From contig OZ024740.1 in the NCBI GenBank assembly GCA_964016885.1, positions 49,600,001-49,664,000 of the forward strand: a stretch of DNA of 64,000 nucleotides, written 5' to 3'. Shown one piece after another: positions 41,790-53,081 of this stretch (within the stretch, counting starts at the first letter, position 1; every line of letters begins with the position of its first letter). A program made the translations under genes and the position numbers. The stretch comes from Eledone cirrhosa. Taxonomy: Eukaryota. Below the pieces are notes generated by a model, which saw nothing but the letters and a program-made list of their open reading frames with translations, was not told the origin of the DNA and ran no database searches.

Positions 41790-44700
41790 ATCATCATCAT
41801 CATCAACGTTTAACGTCCGTGTTCCACGCTTGCATGGGTTTGGACGGGGGTAGTCCCACTTGAGGCAAGAGTGATTGTCTTGCTCGCATAGGACTGTCTG
41901 GCAGGTTTTCTACAGTTGGATGCCCTTCCTAACACCAACCACATTTACAGTGTGGGTCTGGGAGATTTTTACCGTGTTGCCTACACGGCCACATTACAGC
42001 GTGGACTGTGTGTTTTTTTGTCGTGACACCTACACGATCTCATTTGTTTCGGCCTGGATGGCGCGGCACCAACATAACTTTACATAGAACGGGGTGGTGT
42101 GGATGGGGTGGGGGTGGTGGCGGGACGGGGTGTAGTTTGTTAGAGATGCCTACTGGCAAGGCGGCTCTTCTCTGTTACTGAGTACCGCCAAAGGTCACGG
42201 TCCAGTGACATTGTCTTGGAGAGGTGTAAGTGTGTGAGGTCGGAGTTTATCAGCTCATCCCATGTTTTTCTAGGTCTGCCTATTCCGTGGCTACCGTCTA
42301 TCTTTATTGCCCTGCACTTTGTAATACAGCTATCGACTTTCATGCGCATCACGTGTCCATACCAACGCAGCCTTCTCTCGAGTAAACAACATCTGATCCC
42401 TCTTATCTCTAATGTTTTCCTTAGTTCGTTTATGCTTTGCCGTTCACGTATATTACTGTTACACATCCAGCGGAGCATGCAAGCTTCGTTCCTCTCTAGT
42501 CTGCGTATATCCTCTGCACACAATGCCCAGGTCTCACTACCATGCAACATTGCTGTTCGTATGCAGGCATCGTACAACCTGCCTTTCATTTTTAGGGAGA
42601 ACCCTTTAGCAGCTAATAGTGGTATAAGCTCTCTGAACTTTTTCCAACCAGTTCTGACTCTAGCTACAGTACTTTCAGAGCACCCTCCCCCACTGCTGAT
42701 TTTATCGCCCAGGTAACGGAAGCTGTCCACTATTTCTATAGAACCCTCTGCGCAATTGAAAGAGCTAGTATTTTGTGGGCACTTGCTGCTACTTATTGCA
42801 CCAGAACACCGGCCACATGTAAAGTCTATGTTCTTAGTTAGCTTACCTGTGATCCCACTACATCTTTTATGCACCCATACTTTGCATTTAGGACATAAGA
42901 TGGAGTTTCTACCTACGCCTTTCCTACATACCGAGCACGACCATTTCCCAGAAGGGACCGCCGCCTTGTTTTCTTTCCTACAAACTAGAACTTTGGTCTT
43001 AGCCAGGTTAATTTTAAGTCCTTTTGACTCTAGGCCGTGCTTCCATGTTTGGAATTTCTTCTCTAGCTCGGCCATTGATTCCGCTATGAGTGTCAGGTCG
43101 TCTGCGTATAGGAGTTCCCATGGGCAGCCTGTCTTGAACTCCTCTGTTATAGCCTGAAGGGCAATAATAAATAGTAGGGGGCTGAGAACAGAGCCCTGAT
43201 GGACGCCAACTTTTACGCTAAACTCTTCACTATATTCGTTGTTAATTCTAACCTTGCTGACTGTTTCTTTATACATGGCTTGTATAGCCCTCACAAGCCA
43301 TTCGTCAATGCCTAGTTTTCTAAGAGCCCACCAGATAATGGAGCGGGGGACTCTGTCGAAGGCTTTCTCCAGGTCGACAAAAGCTAAGTAGAGGGGTTTA
43401 CCTTTAGCTAGGTACTTCTCCTGTAGTTGTCGTACTATGAAAAGAGCGTCTGTGGTGCTTTTGCCTGACACAAACCCGAACTGCATTTCATCTAGATCAA
43501 TTCTCTCTCTGATTAGTTGCGCTATTACTTTTTCCGTGACCTTCATGACCTGGTCGATTAATTTAATGCCTCTATAGTTACTCCTATCTAGGGCGTCTCC
43601 TTTACCCTTATAACAGTTAACGATGATGCTGCTATGCCAGTCCTTCGGAACAACCCCATTCTGTACCACTTGGTTAACTATGCGGGTGACCATGGTGTGT
43701 CCCACCGTGCCAGATGCCTTCAGCATCTCAGCAACTATTTCCGAAGGCCCAGCCGCCTTACCAGTCTTCATATCCTTGATTGCCTTACTTATTATACTCC
43801 CCTCGACTAACACTGCTGGTCCCTCTATCGGGTCGATATGGGGGAGACTGTCTTTCTCCCATTTATTCTCTTCATTTAGTAGCCTTTCATAGTGACACTT
43901 CCGAGCTACCTTCTTATCAGTGTCGGTGATGGCAAGTATGCCATCATCGTTAAGTACACACTTCTCCCCGACAATATCACGGTTTTCCTTGACGCATTGC
44001 CTGGCAATCCTGAACACCTCACGTTTTTGGTCATCGCGTTGTAGAACATGCTTGAACTTTCTTTCCTCAGCTTCCCTTCTTGCTAAGTACACTTCTCTCC
44101 TAGCTTCCCTCCTGGCCACTTGATAGTCTACTCTACTTCCCCCATCCCGCCATACTTTCCAAGCCTGCTTTTTGGCCTTAATTGACCCCTCCACCCTACT
44201 GTTCCACCACCATGTTACTCTCCTCCTGCCTACAGGCCTGCTCCAGCCACAGACTTCGTCTGTCGCCAACAGCAGGTTTGCTTTCAGAAATTTCCACTGT
44301 CCCTCTATATTGTCCGATTCTAGATGCTCTTCCTTACTGTCGAAAGCATCAAGTAATATGCTTTGAAATTTATTTCTGGCTGTGGGGTCCTTTAGTTTCC
44401 ATATTTTCCTCCTGAGGATAGTCCTCTTCTGCTGTCGGGTACGTCTCGTCCTGACTATGAGGTCGCTAATTATCAGTCTATGTTGGGAGGTGCATTCTTC
44501 ATGGGGGAGGGATTTAGTGTTTACAACAGACACTCTGTCACGTCTTCTGGTAAGGATATAATCTACCTGGCTTGTGTGTTCCCCGGATCTATAGGTAATC
44601 AGGTGATTGTCACGTTTTTTGAAGTTAGTGTTACAGATAGTTAGGTTATTTGCATCACAGTATTCCAGGATTCTGGAGCCTTCCTCATTTCTAGTACCAA

Positions 44701-45084
44701 ACCCATAGCCTCCATGGATTTCGTCGTAGCCGTCACAATGTTGTCCAACGTGACCATTTAGGTCGCCTGCAATAATTATATAGTCACTGTCAGATATTTG
44801 GGAGGTAGTTAGCAACAGTGTCTCATAGAATCTGTCTTTTATAGTGCCGGGCAGTCCGGATTGGGGTGCGTACGCAGATATTACTGTCACCGTAGTTCTA
44901 TTGAGGACAAGTCTTATTTTAATTATTCTGTCGTTCACTCTATTTACGTCTATTATCTTATCTGCCCACTTTTCTGCTACCATGATTCCTACTCCACCCA
45001 GCCCATCGTCGTTTCCCACCCAGAAAAGCTTATAACATCGTTTTTTACCCTCAATGAATCTAGCAGACCCACCCCTCCACCTGG
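41788..45084 (-). mobile_element. RTE-clade LINE, slightly 5'-truncated, inserted in (TA)n
   Basis: APE-RT ORF; short 3' UTR ending ggacgttaaacgt(tga)n; (TA)n on both flanks. Confidence 0.93.
42140..45019 (-). CDS. RTE ORF: AP endonuclease plus reverse transcriptase with an inserted C4HC3 (PHD-like) finger
   Basis: 959 uninterrupted codons: ISAYAP, GDLNGH, VDYIL, QHRL, NYRGIKL, QFGF, FVDLEKAFD, GVHQGSVLSP, LYADD, FRYLG. The annotated start is an internal GTG; the frame stays open upstream (RWRGGSARFIEGK) to the truncation near 45083. Confidence 0.93.
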   Translation of the reverse strand: MGNDDGLGGVGIMVAEKWADKIIDVNRVNDRIIKIRLVLNRTTVTVISAYAPQSGLPGTIKDRFYETLLLTTSQISDSDYIIIAGDLNGHVGQHCDGYDEIHGGYGFGTRNEEGSRILEYCDANNLTICNTNFKKRDNHLITYRSGEHTSQVDYILTRRRDRVSVVNTKSLPHEECTSQHRLIISDLIVRTRRTRQQKRTILRRKIWKLKDPTARNKFQSILLDAFDSKEEHLESDNIEGQWKFLKANLLLATDEVCGWSRPVGRRRVTWWWNSRVEGSIKAKKQAWKVWRDGGSRVDYQVARREARREVYLARREAEERKFKHVLQRDDQKREVFRIARQCVKENRDIVGEKCVLNDDGILAITDTDKKVARKCHYERLLNEENKWEKDSLPHIDPIEGPAVLVEGSIISKAIKDMKTGKAAGPSEIVAEMLKASGTVGHTMVTRIVNQVVQNGVVPKDWHSSIIVNCYKGKGDALDRSNYRGIKLIDQVMKVTEKVIAQLIRERIDLDEMQFGFVSGKSTTDALFIVRQLQEKYLAKGKPLYLAFVDLEKAFDRVPRSIIWWALRKLGIDEWLVRAIQAMYKETVSKVRINNEYSEEFSVKVGVHQGSVLSPLLFIIALQAITEEFKTGCPWELLYADDLTLIAESMAELEKKFQTWKHGLESKGLKINLAKTKVLVCRKENKAAVPSGKWSCSVCRKGVGRNSILCPKCKVWVHKRCSGITGKLTKNIDFTCGRCSGAISSSKCPQNTSSFNCAEGSIEIVDSFRYLGDKISSGGGCSESTVARVRTGWKKFRELIPLLAAKGFSLKMKGRLYDACIRTAMLHGSETWALCAEDIRRLERNEACMLRWMCNSNIRERQSINELRKTLEIRGIRCCLLERRLRWYGHVMRMKVDSCITKCRAIKIDGSHGIGRPRKTWDELINSDLTHLHLSKTMSLDRDLWRYSVTEKSRLASRHL

Positions 45085-45099
45085 TATATATATATATAT

Positions 45100-45329
45100 A
45101 TATTTATTAAAATAACAGATTAAAGTTTAAGCAAAGAATCGCTGCTTTCACCCTTAACGGGATCTTCTGCAACTAACAGAAGATCCCGTTAAGGGTGAAA
45201 GCAGCGATTCTTTGCTTAAACTTTAATCTGTTATTTTAATAAATATTTGCTCTACGGTTTTTATATATTTGATATATATTTATCCTTATCGAGCCCTCTT
45301 TGGATTTTAGTCTTCAAATTTATTATTAT

Positions 45330-45335
<6 letters not shown>
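45100..45335. mobile_element. Fold-back pLTR of the 32212-33935 PLE family: perfect 70-bp arms (45100-45169 / 45177-45246)
   Basis: Arms carry the HHR-like CAGAAGA-tCCC-gttaa-GGGt-GAAA. An additional inverted copy of the terminus lies at about 45483-45522. Confidence 0.9.
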
Positions 45336-45403
<68 letters not shown>

Positions 45404-45436
45404 GTATATATATATAAAAATTTATGCGTGTAAGTA

Positions 45437-45487
<51 letters not shown>

Positions 45488-45686
45488 ATAATAATAAATT
45501 TGAAGACTAAAATACAAAGAGGATTGTTATGTCATCATTACTCAAGGTTCTATCTGTATTGATCTATCCCGACTGTGGATATATATATATATATATACAC
45601 TCACATATGTACAGGCTGTTCCAAATGAGTATATACACACTTCAACAGCATTCTAATCAATGTGTATACATTTCTTTGGGACACCC

Positions 45687-45753
<67 letters not shown>

Positions 45754-45759
45754 TACACA

Positions 45760-45823
<64 letters not shown>

Positions 45824-45840
45824 AACACTCACACATATAA

Positions 45841-46160
45841 ATGGAGTCATTCCGTACGTAGGTTACGACGACGAGTGTTCCAGTTGATACTATTAATGGT
45901 ACAGCCTACTCGTTGCATTAACGTGCAAGTGGCTGAACATTCCACAGACACGCGTACCCTTTACGTATTTCTCGCGGAGATGCAATGTGACACAGTGTGT
46001 GCCAAGGCTTGTCCCTTCGAATTACAGGTACAACTCATTTTTTGCCAGCTGAGTGGACTGGAGCAACGTGAAATAAAGTGTCTTGCTCAAGGACACCATG
46101 CGCCAGCGGAAATCAAATGCATGACCTTACGATTGTGAGCAAAATACCCTAACCACGCGC
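45841..46160 (-). mobile_element. tRNA-derived SINE with a Meta-like central domain
   Basis: Minus strand gtggttagggtatt head, then gtgtccttgagcaagacacttt..gctccagtccactcagctgg..aaatgagt. Confidence 0.8.
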
Positions 46161-46214
46161 TTTCACAAAACATAAATATACATATAAGCACACACACACG
46201 TACACACACGCACG

Positions 46215-46306
<92 letters not shown>

Positions 46307-46361
46307 GAAAGGATGAATATAAAATGAAAGTGCTTTTGTTAAAAAAGGAATTTATTAGGTA

Positions 46362-46474
46362 TTGACATATGTTTCTGTAACAGACCGAATACCTATGTAT
46401 CGCTGCTTGCGTAATCATATAATGTTAGCAAGTATTCGATAGCAAATGTATAATCAGTTGTCACTTCTTCAGAG
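46362..46474 (-). ncRNA. Hammerhead motif with a stem II of about 90 nt
   Basis: Minus strand CTGAAGA-aGTGACA...TGTTACa-GAAA-catatg-TC, with AATAAA 7 nt later; stem I is weak. Confidence 0.6.
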
Positions 46475-46945
46475 ATTTTGGATAAATTGGATAAAATCAG
46501 AAAAATTGAAGTATTTATATTAGTAAAAGAGGAAGGAACAGAGGGGATAGTATATGACAGATGGTAAATTAATTTACTGCTAAACAAGTATATAATGGGT
46601 TTCTAATGAGAATACCATGAGTAAATCTAAATAAGAATTTTGGGAGTGCCAATTTTAATCTCTACTTGACCAACTGGACAGTGGACAGGGCTGGTCATTT
46701 GGTGCAGTAGTATTAATTATAAAGTGTCAATTGGGGAAGGGGGAGATTTCGATTGCTACTAAATAACATCAATGCTAGTAGCCAGCTGGTATATGCATTA
46801 GGGAATTGAATCAAGAAATCAGAAATCTCATTTTATCTATAGCAGTTTGTATTAAAAGGTAAATAATAGAAGAGTTGATAGAATTAAGACTAATAAAGAA
46901 TGTTAATATCTATTTTGACAATCAAACGGGGATAGAGACAGTCGT

Positions 46946-48410
46946 TCAATCCTGGTAGTATTTATAATATGAAAATGTAGATTTTAAGCGATGGTAACAG
47001 TATAACGATCGCTCTATTCTGTTATTTAATAAAATGTTTTTGGATTTTATAATACAAAATAATTCTACATTACATAATTTACAAAATTCCTGTCCATGGG
47101 CATATGGGGGGGGGGGGCATCCGCTATTATATCCCATTTTAGGTGAAATTGTTGGTTATTTTCACGCAGCTGCCAAGCCTTGTCTGCGAGTGTTGTTACA
47201 TAACGCTGGTTTTCATGTTTTATCGAGTAACGATGTCTATAAAGGCGTGATTTGAAGGAGGTGGCTGTAGATCCCACATAGTACCACTTCTGTCTATCCG
47301 ATTCGATAGTACATTTGTATACGATGTTGCGTTCAAGACACTGATTGTTCAACGGACACATTCCTGGTTGGACACAATTGCAATTATAATTTTGCGTTGT
47401 TGTATTGCCATGGATGGGTTGATGAGGTTGCTTATGTAGGACAGGATGTTGTTTGTTGTTTTGTGATGTTATAGCTAATGTTTTACGTGTATTGTTATGT
47501 GTTGGAAGGCGTTTATACAACCGTTTTGCATTAAGCTTTTTTATATGTTGTTCAATATTAGGGGCGGTTGAATATGAAAGTCGAATAGTGTTAGGGTTTA
47601 AGATTTTATTATATTTATGTGATGTTGGAAAGTGTTTTTTAACTAATCGAAAGAATTTTGAGGGTAGATTGGTTTTAATAGAGTTGTTATAGACCGGGTT
47701 GTACCAAATATACTCTTTACATCGCCTTCTGTTTGGTGGTGTGCGACTATTATTGTGTCTATTGCGGTAGTGTATGTATGGTGGTGATTCTGTGCTATTT
47801 CTACTCCTATGTGATTTATTTTGGGTGTTTTGGTGATCTTTGACTATATACTCTATATTATCTAGGTGACCGGCTTTCCTAAGTGCATCATCATAATACT
47901 CGGCATGTTCTTTGAAGGTTTGTTGGTTGGACGACAGGCGGGAGATCCTAAGAGAAACATTTCTAGGGATGGATTTAATTATAGAGAGTGGATGGTTAGA
48001 ACTCGTATTTACATATTTAAGGTTCTCATTTAGTTTATGGAACGGTTTAATCGTATCTGTATTGAGATTGAAAGTAACATCAAGGAAATTGACCTCTTTG
48101 AGGTTATATTCAAATGTAATATTTAATCCTAGTTCCTTAAAAAGCTTTCTGATATTCTTACGCATCCTTTCTAAATTCTGGTTATTCATATGCTTAACTA
48201 ATAGGAGCGCATCGTCACGGTAGATTCCACCGTGGAGATCCTTGAATTTTCCTTGTAATCTGTGGGTGATATAAATTCCCACAAGATCTGTTACTTCCGC
48301 CGAATCATTTGAACCCATAGTGATATCAAAATTAGAAGGTCTATCTTTGCGAACCCAGTAGCTATCATCGAATTTAACTATAGTTTTCCTCGCTTCCATA
48401 ATAATTTTAT
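46946..48410 (-). pseudogene. PLE RT (C-terminal half) plus GIY-YIG endonuclease, with a frameshift in the G-run near 47105-47118
   Basis: FDITMGSNDSAE, GIYRDD, NFLDVTF, IWYNP, CNCVQPGMCPLNNQC, IVYKC..YYVGST..FKSRLYRH; the second frame continues CKLCNVE..LLN..CYH. The first residues of the supplied ORF (to 48453) come from the adjacent SINE. Confidence 0.9.
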
Positions 48411-48420
48411 ATATATAAAA

Positions 48421-48520
48421 TAATTGTTTATACTTTTGGCACAAGGCCACCAATTACCCACTACTGGTACTTTATTTTATCGACCCTGTAAGGATGAAAG
48501 GCAAAGTTAACCTTGGTGGG
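48421..48520 (-). mobile_element. 3' half of a Deu/Nin-like SINE
   Basis: Matches the 3' part of 8420-8605. Confidence 0.8.
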
Positions 48521-48525
48521 ATATA

Positions 48526-49353
48526 TCTGTATATATATATATAAAATTAAGTATGTGTGTGTTTGTGTGTGTGTGTATGTGTCTGTGTGTGTATAACCTA
48601 TAGGGGCCTACATCTTACGACCGATTTTCATGAAACTTTACAGGCTCATAGATTAGTCATCGGGGAGTGTTTTCTATATATCAGCGTATCGTTTTTTTTT
48701 TATTCCGGGGTCATTCTGCAGATAAAAATCGATAGGGGGTGTCACCTTTTTTTAGGTATCGAAAATAAGATTTTTGGCTCTAGCTCCCACATTTTGCCAC
48801 CAATTTCGTTCAAATTTTAAAGCAAAATAGAGAATTTATCATTGCAGATCCTGTAATGGCTTTATATTTTGCATTTGTTGTTCAGGCACGACGTGGCAGC
48901 CGCTTAAATATTCAAAAATACCACTTTTAGACTCAAATTCCCACTTTTTCGGCTATAGCTCCCACATTAATCAACCTACTTTGTTCAAATTTTACACTAC
49001 GCTAGATCTGATTATTTCACGTATAAAGCGGCTTTACATTTTGGATTCTTTTGTTCAGGAACGGCGTGGCAGCCGCTTAAATATTCAAAAATACCACCTT
49101 TTCGCTCAAATTTCCGCCTTTTCGGCTCTAGTTCCCACATTTTTCAACCGATTTAGTTCAAATACGAAACTCCCTCCCCCAGCATGCCCCTTCGTCAGTC
49201 ACCCACCTTTCTCAGTGATAGAGATCATCACTCCCCGCATGGCCTGTGTGTGGCCATAGATGAGTCATCGAGAAGCAGTCGCTAAGATCAACACCTTTTC
49301 ATCAAAGCAGATATTATTTTACCTACCCAGGCAACGCTGGGTACTGCTGCTAG
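48526..49353 (+). mobile_element. Non-autonomous Helitron
   Basis: 5' TC (tctgtatatatatatataaaa), 3' hairpin acccaggcaacgctgggt plus CTAG, inserted between A and T; internal repeats of about 170 bp. Confidence 0.85.
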
Positions 49354-49361
49354 TATATATA

Positions 49362-49765
49362 TAAAATAATATGCGTAAGTCAAACATGTTAAAGTTGGCT
49401 TCGTTTACTATAATTCGCTGCTATATATATTTCAGTGACAGCCATTATTGGCTGTGACCTTATCAGGCAGTAAGAATTAATGTAGAAAATACAGGTAAAC
49501 ATGGTGTTGTAATGCGTTGTTAGTCCTCAAAGGAGCTGGAATCATATGATATGATTCCAGCTCCTTTGAGGACTAACAACGCACCCAGGAGCTGAATTAA
49601 CATGGTAGAACACATTACAACACCATGTTTACCTGTTTTTTCTACATTAATTCTTACCGCCTGATAAGGTCACAGCCAATAATGGCTGTCACTGAAATAT
49701 ATATAACAGTGAATTAGAATAAACGAAGCCAACTTTAACATGTTTGACTTACGCATATTATTTTA
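49362..49765. mobile_element. Fold-back PLE-type terminal pair with mirror HHR-like motifs (49418-49470 -, 49657-49709 +)
   Basis: Outer arms of about 150 bp plus a perfect inner 35-bp-arm hairpin (49513-49583). Minus strand ctgc-CTGATAA-GGTc-ACAGCCA-ataa-TGGCTGT-cACT-GAAA-tatata-TA-gcag (G8 to A). Confidence 0.85.
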
Positions 49766-49957
49766 CGAGTGGATTGGCAGTATCGGTAGAGGGTCGGACG
49801 CCATGCTTTGAAGCATAGAGTTACCTCCCTTTATGATCTGAGTTCAAATCCTGCCGAGGTTAACTTTGACTTTCATCCTTACGGGATCGATAAAATAAAG
49901 TACCAGTAATGCACTGGGTAATTGCTGGCCTTGTGCTAAAAGTAGAAACAATTATTT
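49766..49957 (+). mobile_element. tRNA-derived Deu/Nin-like SINE
   Basis: tggcagtatcgg A-box-like, gagttcaaatcc B-box, tttcatccttacggg..cgataaaataaagtaccag core. Confidence 0.88.
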
Positions 49958-50077
49958 TACATTACTCCGGAGTAAACAAACGAACCTGCGTACTTCGTCG
50001 AGTGCTCCCACTTGCATACTAGAGTGTCGGTAAACAATCAACACATACTCAACATTTATATCTATATATGCATATAT

Positions 50078-50211
50078 AACGAAGGAAATGTGGTATGGAA
50101 CCAGATAGACCATAACGCACCAAAGTACTCAATACTTAGGGTAGTAGAGTGGGTAATAGGAACAAGTATGACCCCGACGGCAGAGCTCAAGCCGTTTCGA
50201 CGGCTAATTCT

Positions 50212-50214
<3 letters not shown>
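50078..50214 (-). mobile_element. Copy of the 140-bp TA-inserted element
   Basis: Reverse complement of 17451-17587; TA repeats on both sides. Confidence 0.85.
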
Positions 50215-50247
<33 letters not shown>

Positions 50248-50643
50248 ACACACACACACACATATATATAAATAAACACACACACATACATATATATAAA
50301 CACACACACCCATACTTATAAACAAACATATATATAGAAATATACAAACACACACATATATATACATATAAACAGACACACTCATATACACAGCCACTTT
50401 ACTGTGAAACCCAATATTAATACATTTTTTCCCTCCTACAAATATTTTGTCACTCTCTCTCAAAATATTACCACTCTCTCACTAAAACATTATACCTCCC
50501 TTACCCTCTCTATATACTGCTACATCCCCCCACTCGCTCTCACTAGACCAACATTCCCCCTCTCTCAATAAACCACCAACATCTCTCTCCCTCTCTATAT
50601 CCGACTACATGCCTCACTCTCACACTCTCACAATTCAAAACTG

Positions 50644-50731
<88 letters not shown>

Positions 50732-51144
50732 ACAACTAGAAATTGATTAACATATAAATAGACATATGAAGCAATCACAGGGGATAATTTTTACAAGTGT
50801 GTAAGCACACACAGCTAGGTAGGTAACTAAATAAAGTTAACTAGAACTTCAAAAATAGATACCTTATAATATGATTAATCTTCCCTGTATATATTCCGTT
50901 AAAGAAATATATTTCACCAATTAATCGAATGGTAAACCACGGAGGCCGATACTTGGATTTTCAACAAGGAAGAAGTCCAGCCAACTGTGTTTACGCATTA
51001 AGTTCAAATCAGCGACGTGCTGTATCTACTAAAAATACACACATCATACCAGCTTTGTCCCAGTGGCGTGAATAGGGTTATCGACAACTAGAAACAGCAA
51101 ATAATTTTGATTTAGATTAAATTCACTTTGATTTATCTTAATTT

Positions 51145-51208
<64 letters not shown>

Positions 51209-51333
51209 AAAATAGGGAGAAAAAGACGATTATTAGGAAGAAAAATATATTTTATTCCCTTTTATTTTTCTTCTCTTTTTTCTGAGTTAGAGAATGTTTA
51301 AAATGTTTAAAATGTTTAAAATGTTTAAAAAAA

Positions 51334-51696
<363 letters not shown>

Positions 51697-51707
51697 TATT
51701 TATATAT

Positions 51708-51784
<77 letters not shown>

Positions 51785-51792
<8 letters not shown>

Positions 51793-52997
51793 GACAGAGG
51801 GGAAGAAGAAAAAAATGGGTTCACTTGTGCTTTCAACAAATTTATTTTCTTCACAAAATCCAAAAAGAATTTTTTTCCGGATTAGAAAAAATTTTCTTAA
51901 AAAAAAAATTTTTTATAAATTAAGTTGTTGGTTGTTGGTTAGGTCTTAGGAGTTCTTGGTTAACGTAGGAGGTATTGTTTCGTTTTTAGAAAGACCTTTC
52001 ACGCCGAGGTGCGCTTGTCAAACTGATGTGTATGTGGTGTGTTGTTCTATATATAGGGATTTAACATGTCTGTGGTGTGGTGGGGGTTTTTTCTCCCCCT
52101 TTAATAAGTGTAGGGGTGTAGGTGTGTTGAAAAAATGTTAATAGCAGTAATGATTTGAGACAGTGAGTAGGGTTGGGTGGGGAGAAATGTAGCAAGTGCG
52201 GCCTGCCCCGGTCATTCTCGAAAAATTCCTTTATTCAGGGGAAAAAGCTTTTAGTATTCCTTTGTATTGTAGATGGTCATAGGCAAACCGCACCTGCCAA
52301 GCTTGTAAACAATTATTTTTTTCTGAAGAATTTTCTACGTCCATCCCAAAATTATTCCTACATATGCCCGTGTGTGTATGTACGTGTATACGCACATATG
52401 TGTGTGTTGAACAAAGGACTAATTTTGGGATGGACGTAGAAAAATTCTTCAGAAAAAAATAATTGTTTACAAGCTTGGCAGGTGCGGTTTGCCTATGACC
52501 ATCTTCAATACAAAGGAATACTAAAAGCTTTTTCCCCTGAATAAAGGAATTTTTCGAGAATGACCGGGGCAGGCCGCACTTGCTACATTTCTCCCCACCC
52601 AACCCTACTCACTGTCTCAACTCATTACTGCTATTAACATTTTTTCAACACACCTACACCCCTACACTTATTAAAGGGGGAGAAAAAACCTCCCACCACA
52701 CCACAGACATGTTAAATCCCTATATATAGAACAACACACCACATACACATCAGTTTGACAAGCGCACCTCAGCGTGAAAGGTCTTTCTAAAAACGAAACA
52801 ATACCTCCTATGTTAACCAAGAACTCCTAAGACCTAACCAACAACCAACAACCAACAACTTAATTTATAAAAAAAGATTTTTTAAGAAAATTTTTTCTAA
52901 TCCGGAAAAAAATTCTTTTTGGATTTTGTGAAGAAAATAAATTTGTTGAAAGCACAAGTGAAGCCATTTTTTTCTTCTTCGCCCCTGTCTTAATATA
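51785..52997. mobile_element. Large fold-back element: near-identical inverted arms of about 575 bp with a spacer of about 55 bp, PLE 3' UTR-like
   Basis: 51785-52359 versus 52415-52997. The right arm has the HHR-like TTGACAA-GCGC-acctca-GCGT-GAAA (52755-52785) and AATAAA near its end. (TA)n lies on both sides. Confidence 0.9.
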
Positions 52998-53026
52998 CCT
53001 AACTGTACCAAGGATTACACACATTT

Positions 53027-53081
<55 letters not shown>

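Larger units (their letters stand above)
46306..48410 (-). mobile_element. 5'-truncated Hydra-clade-like Penelope element
   Basis: RT-EN ORF, about 640-bp 3' UTR with HHR and AATAAA, TA-rich junctions at both ends. Confidence 0.88.
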
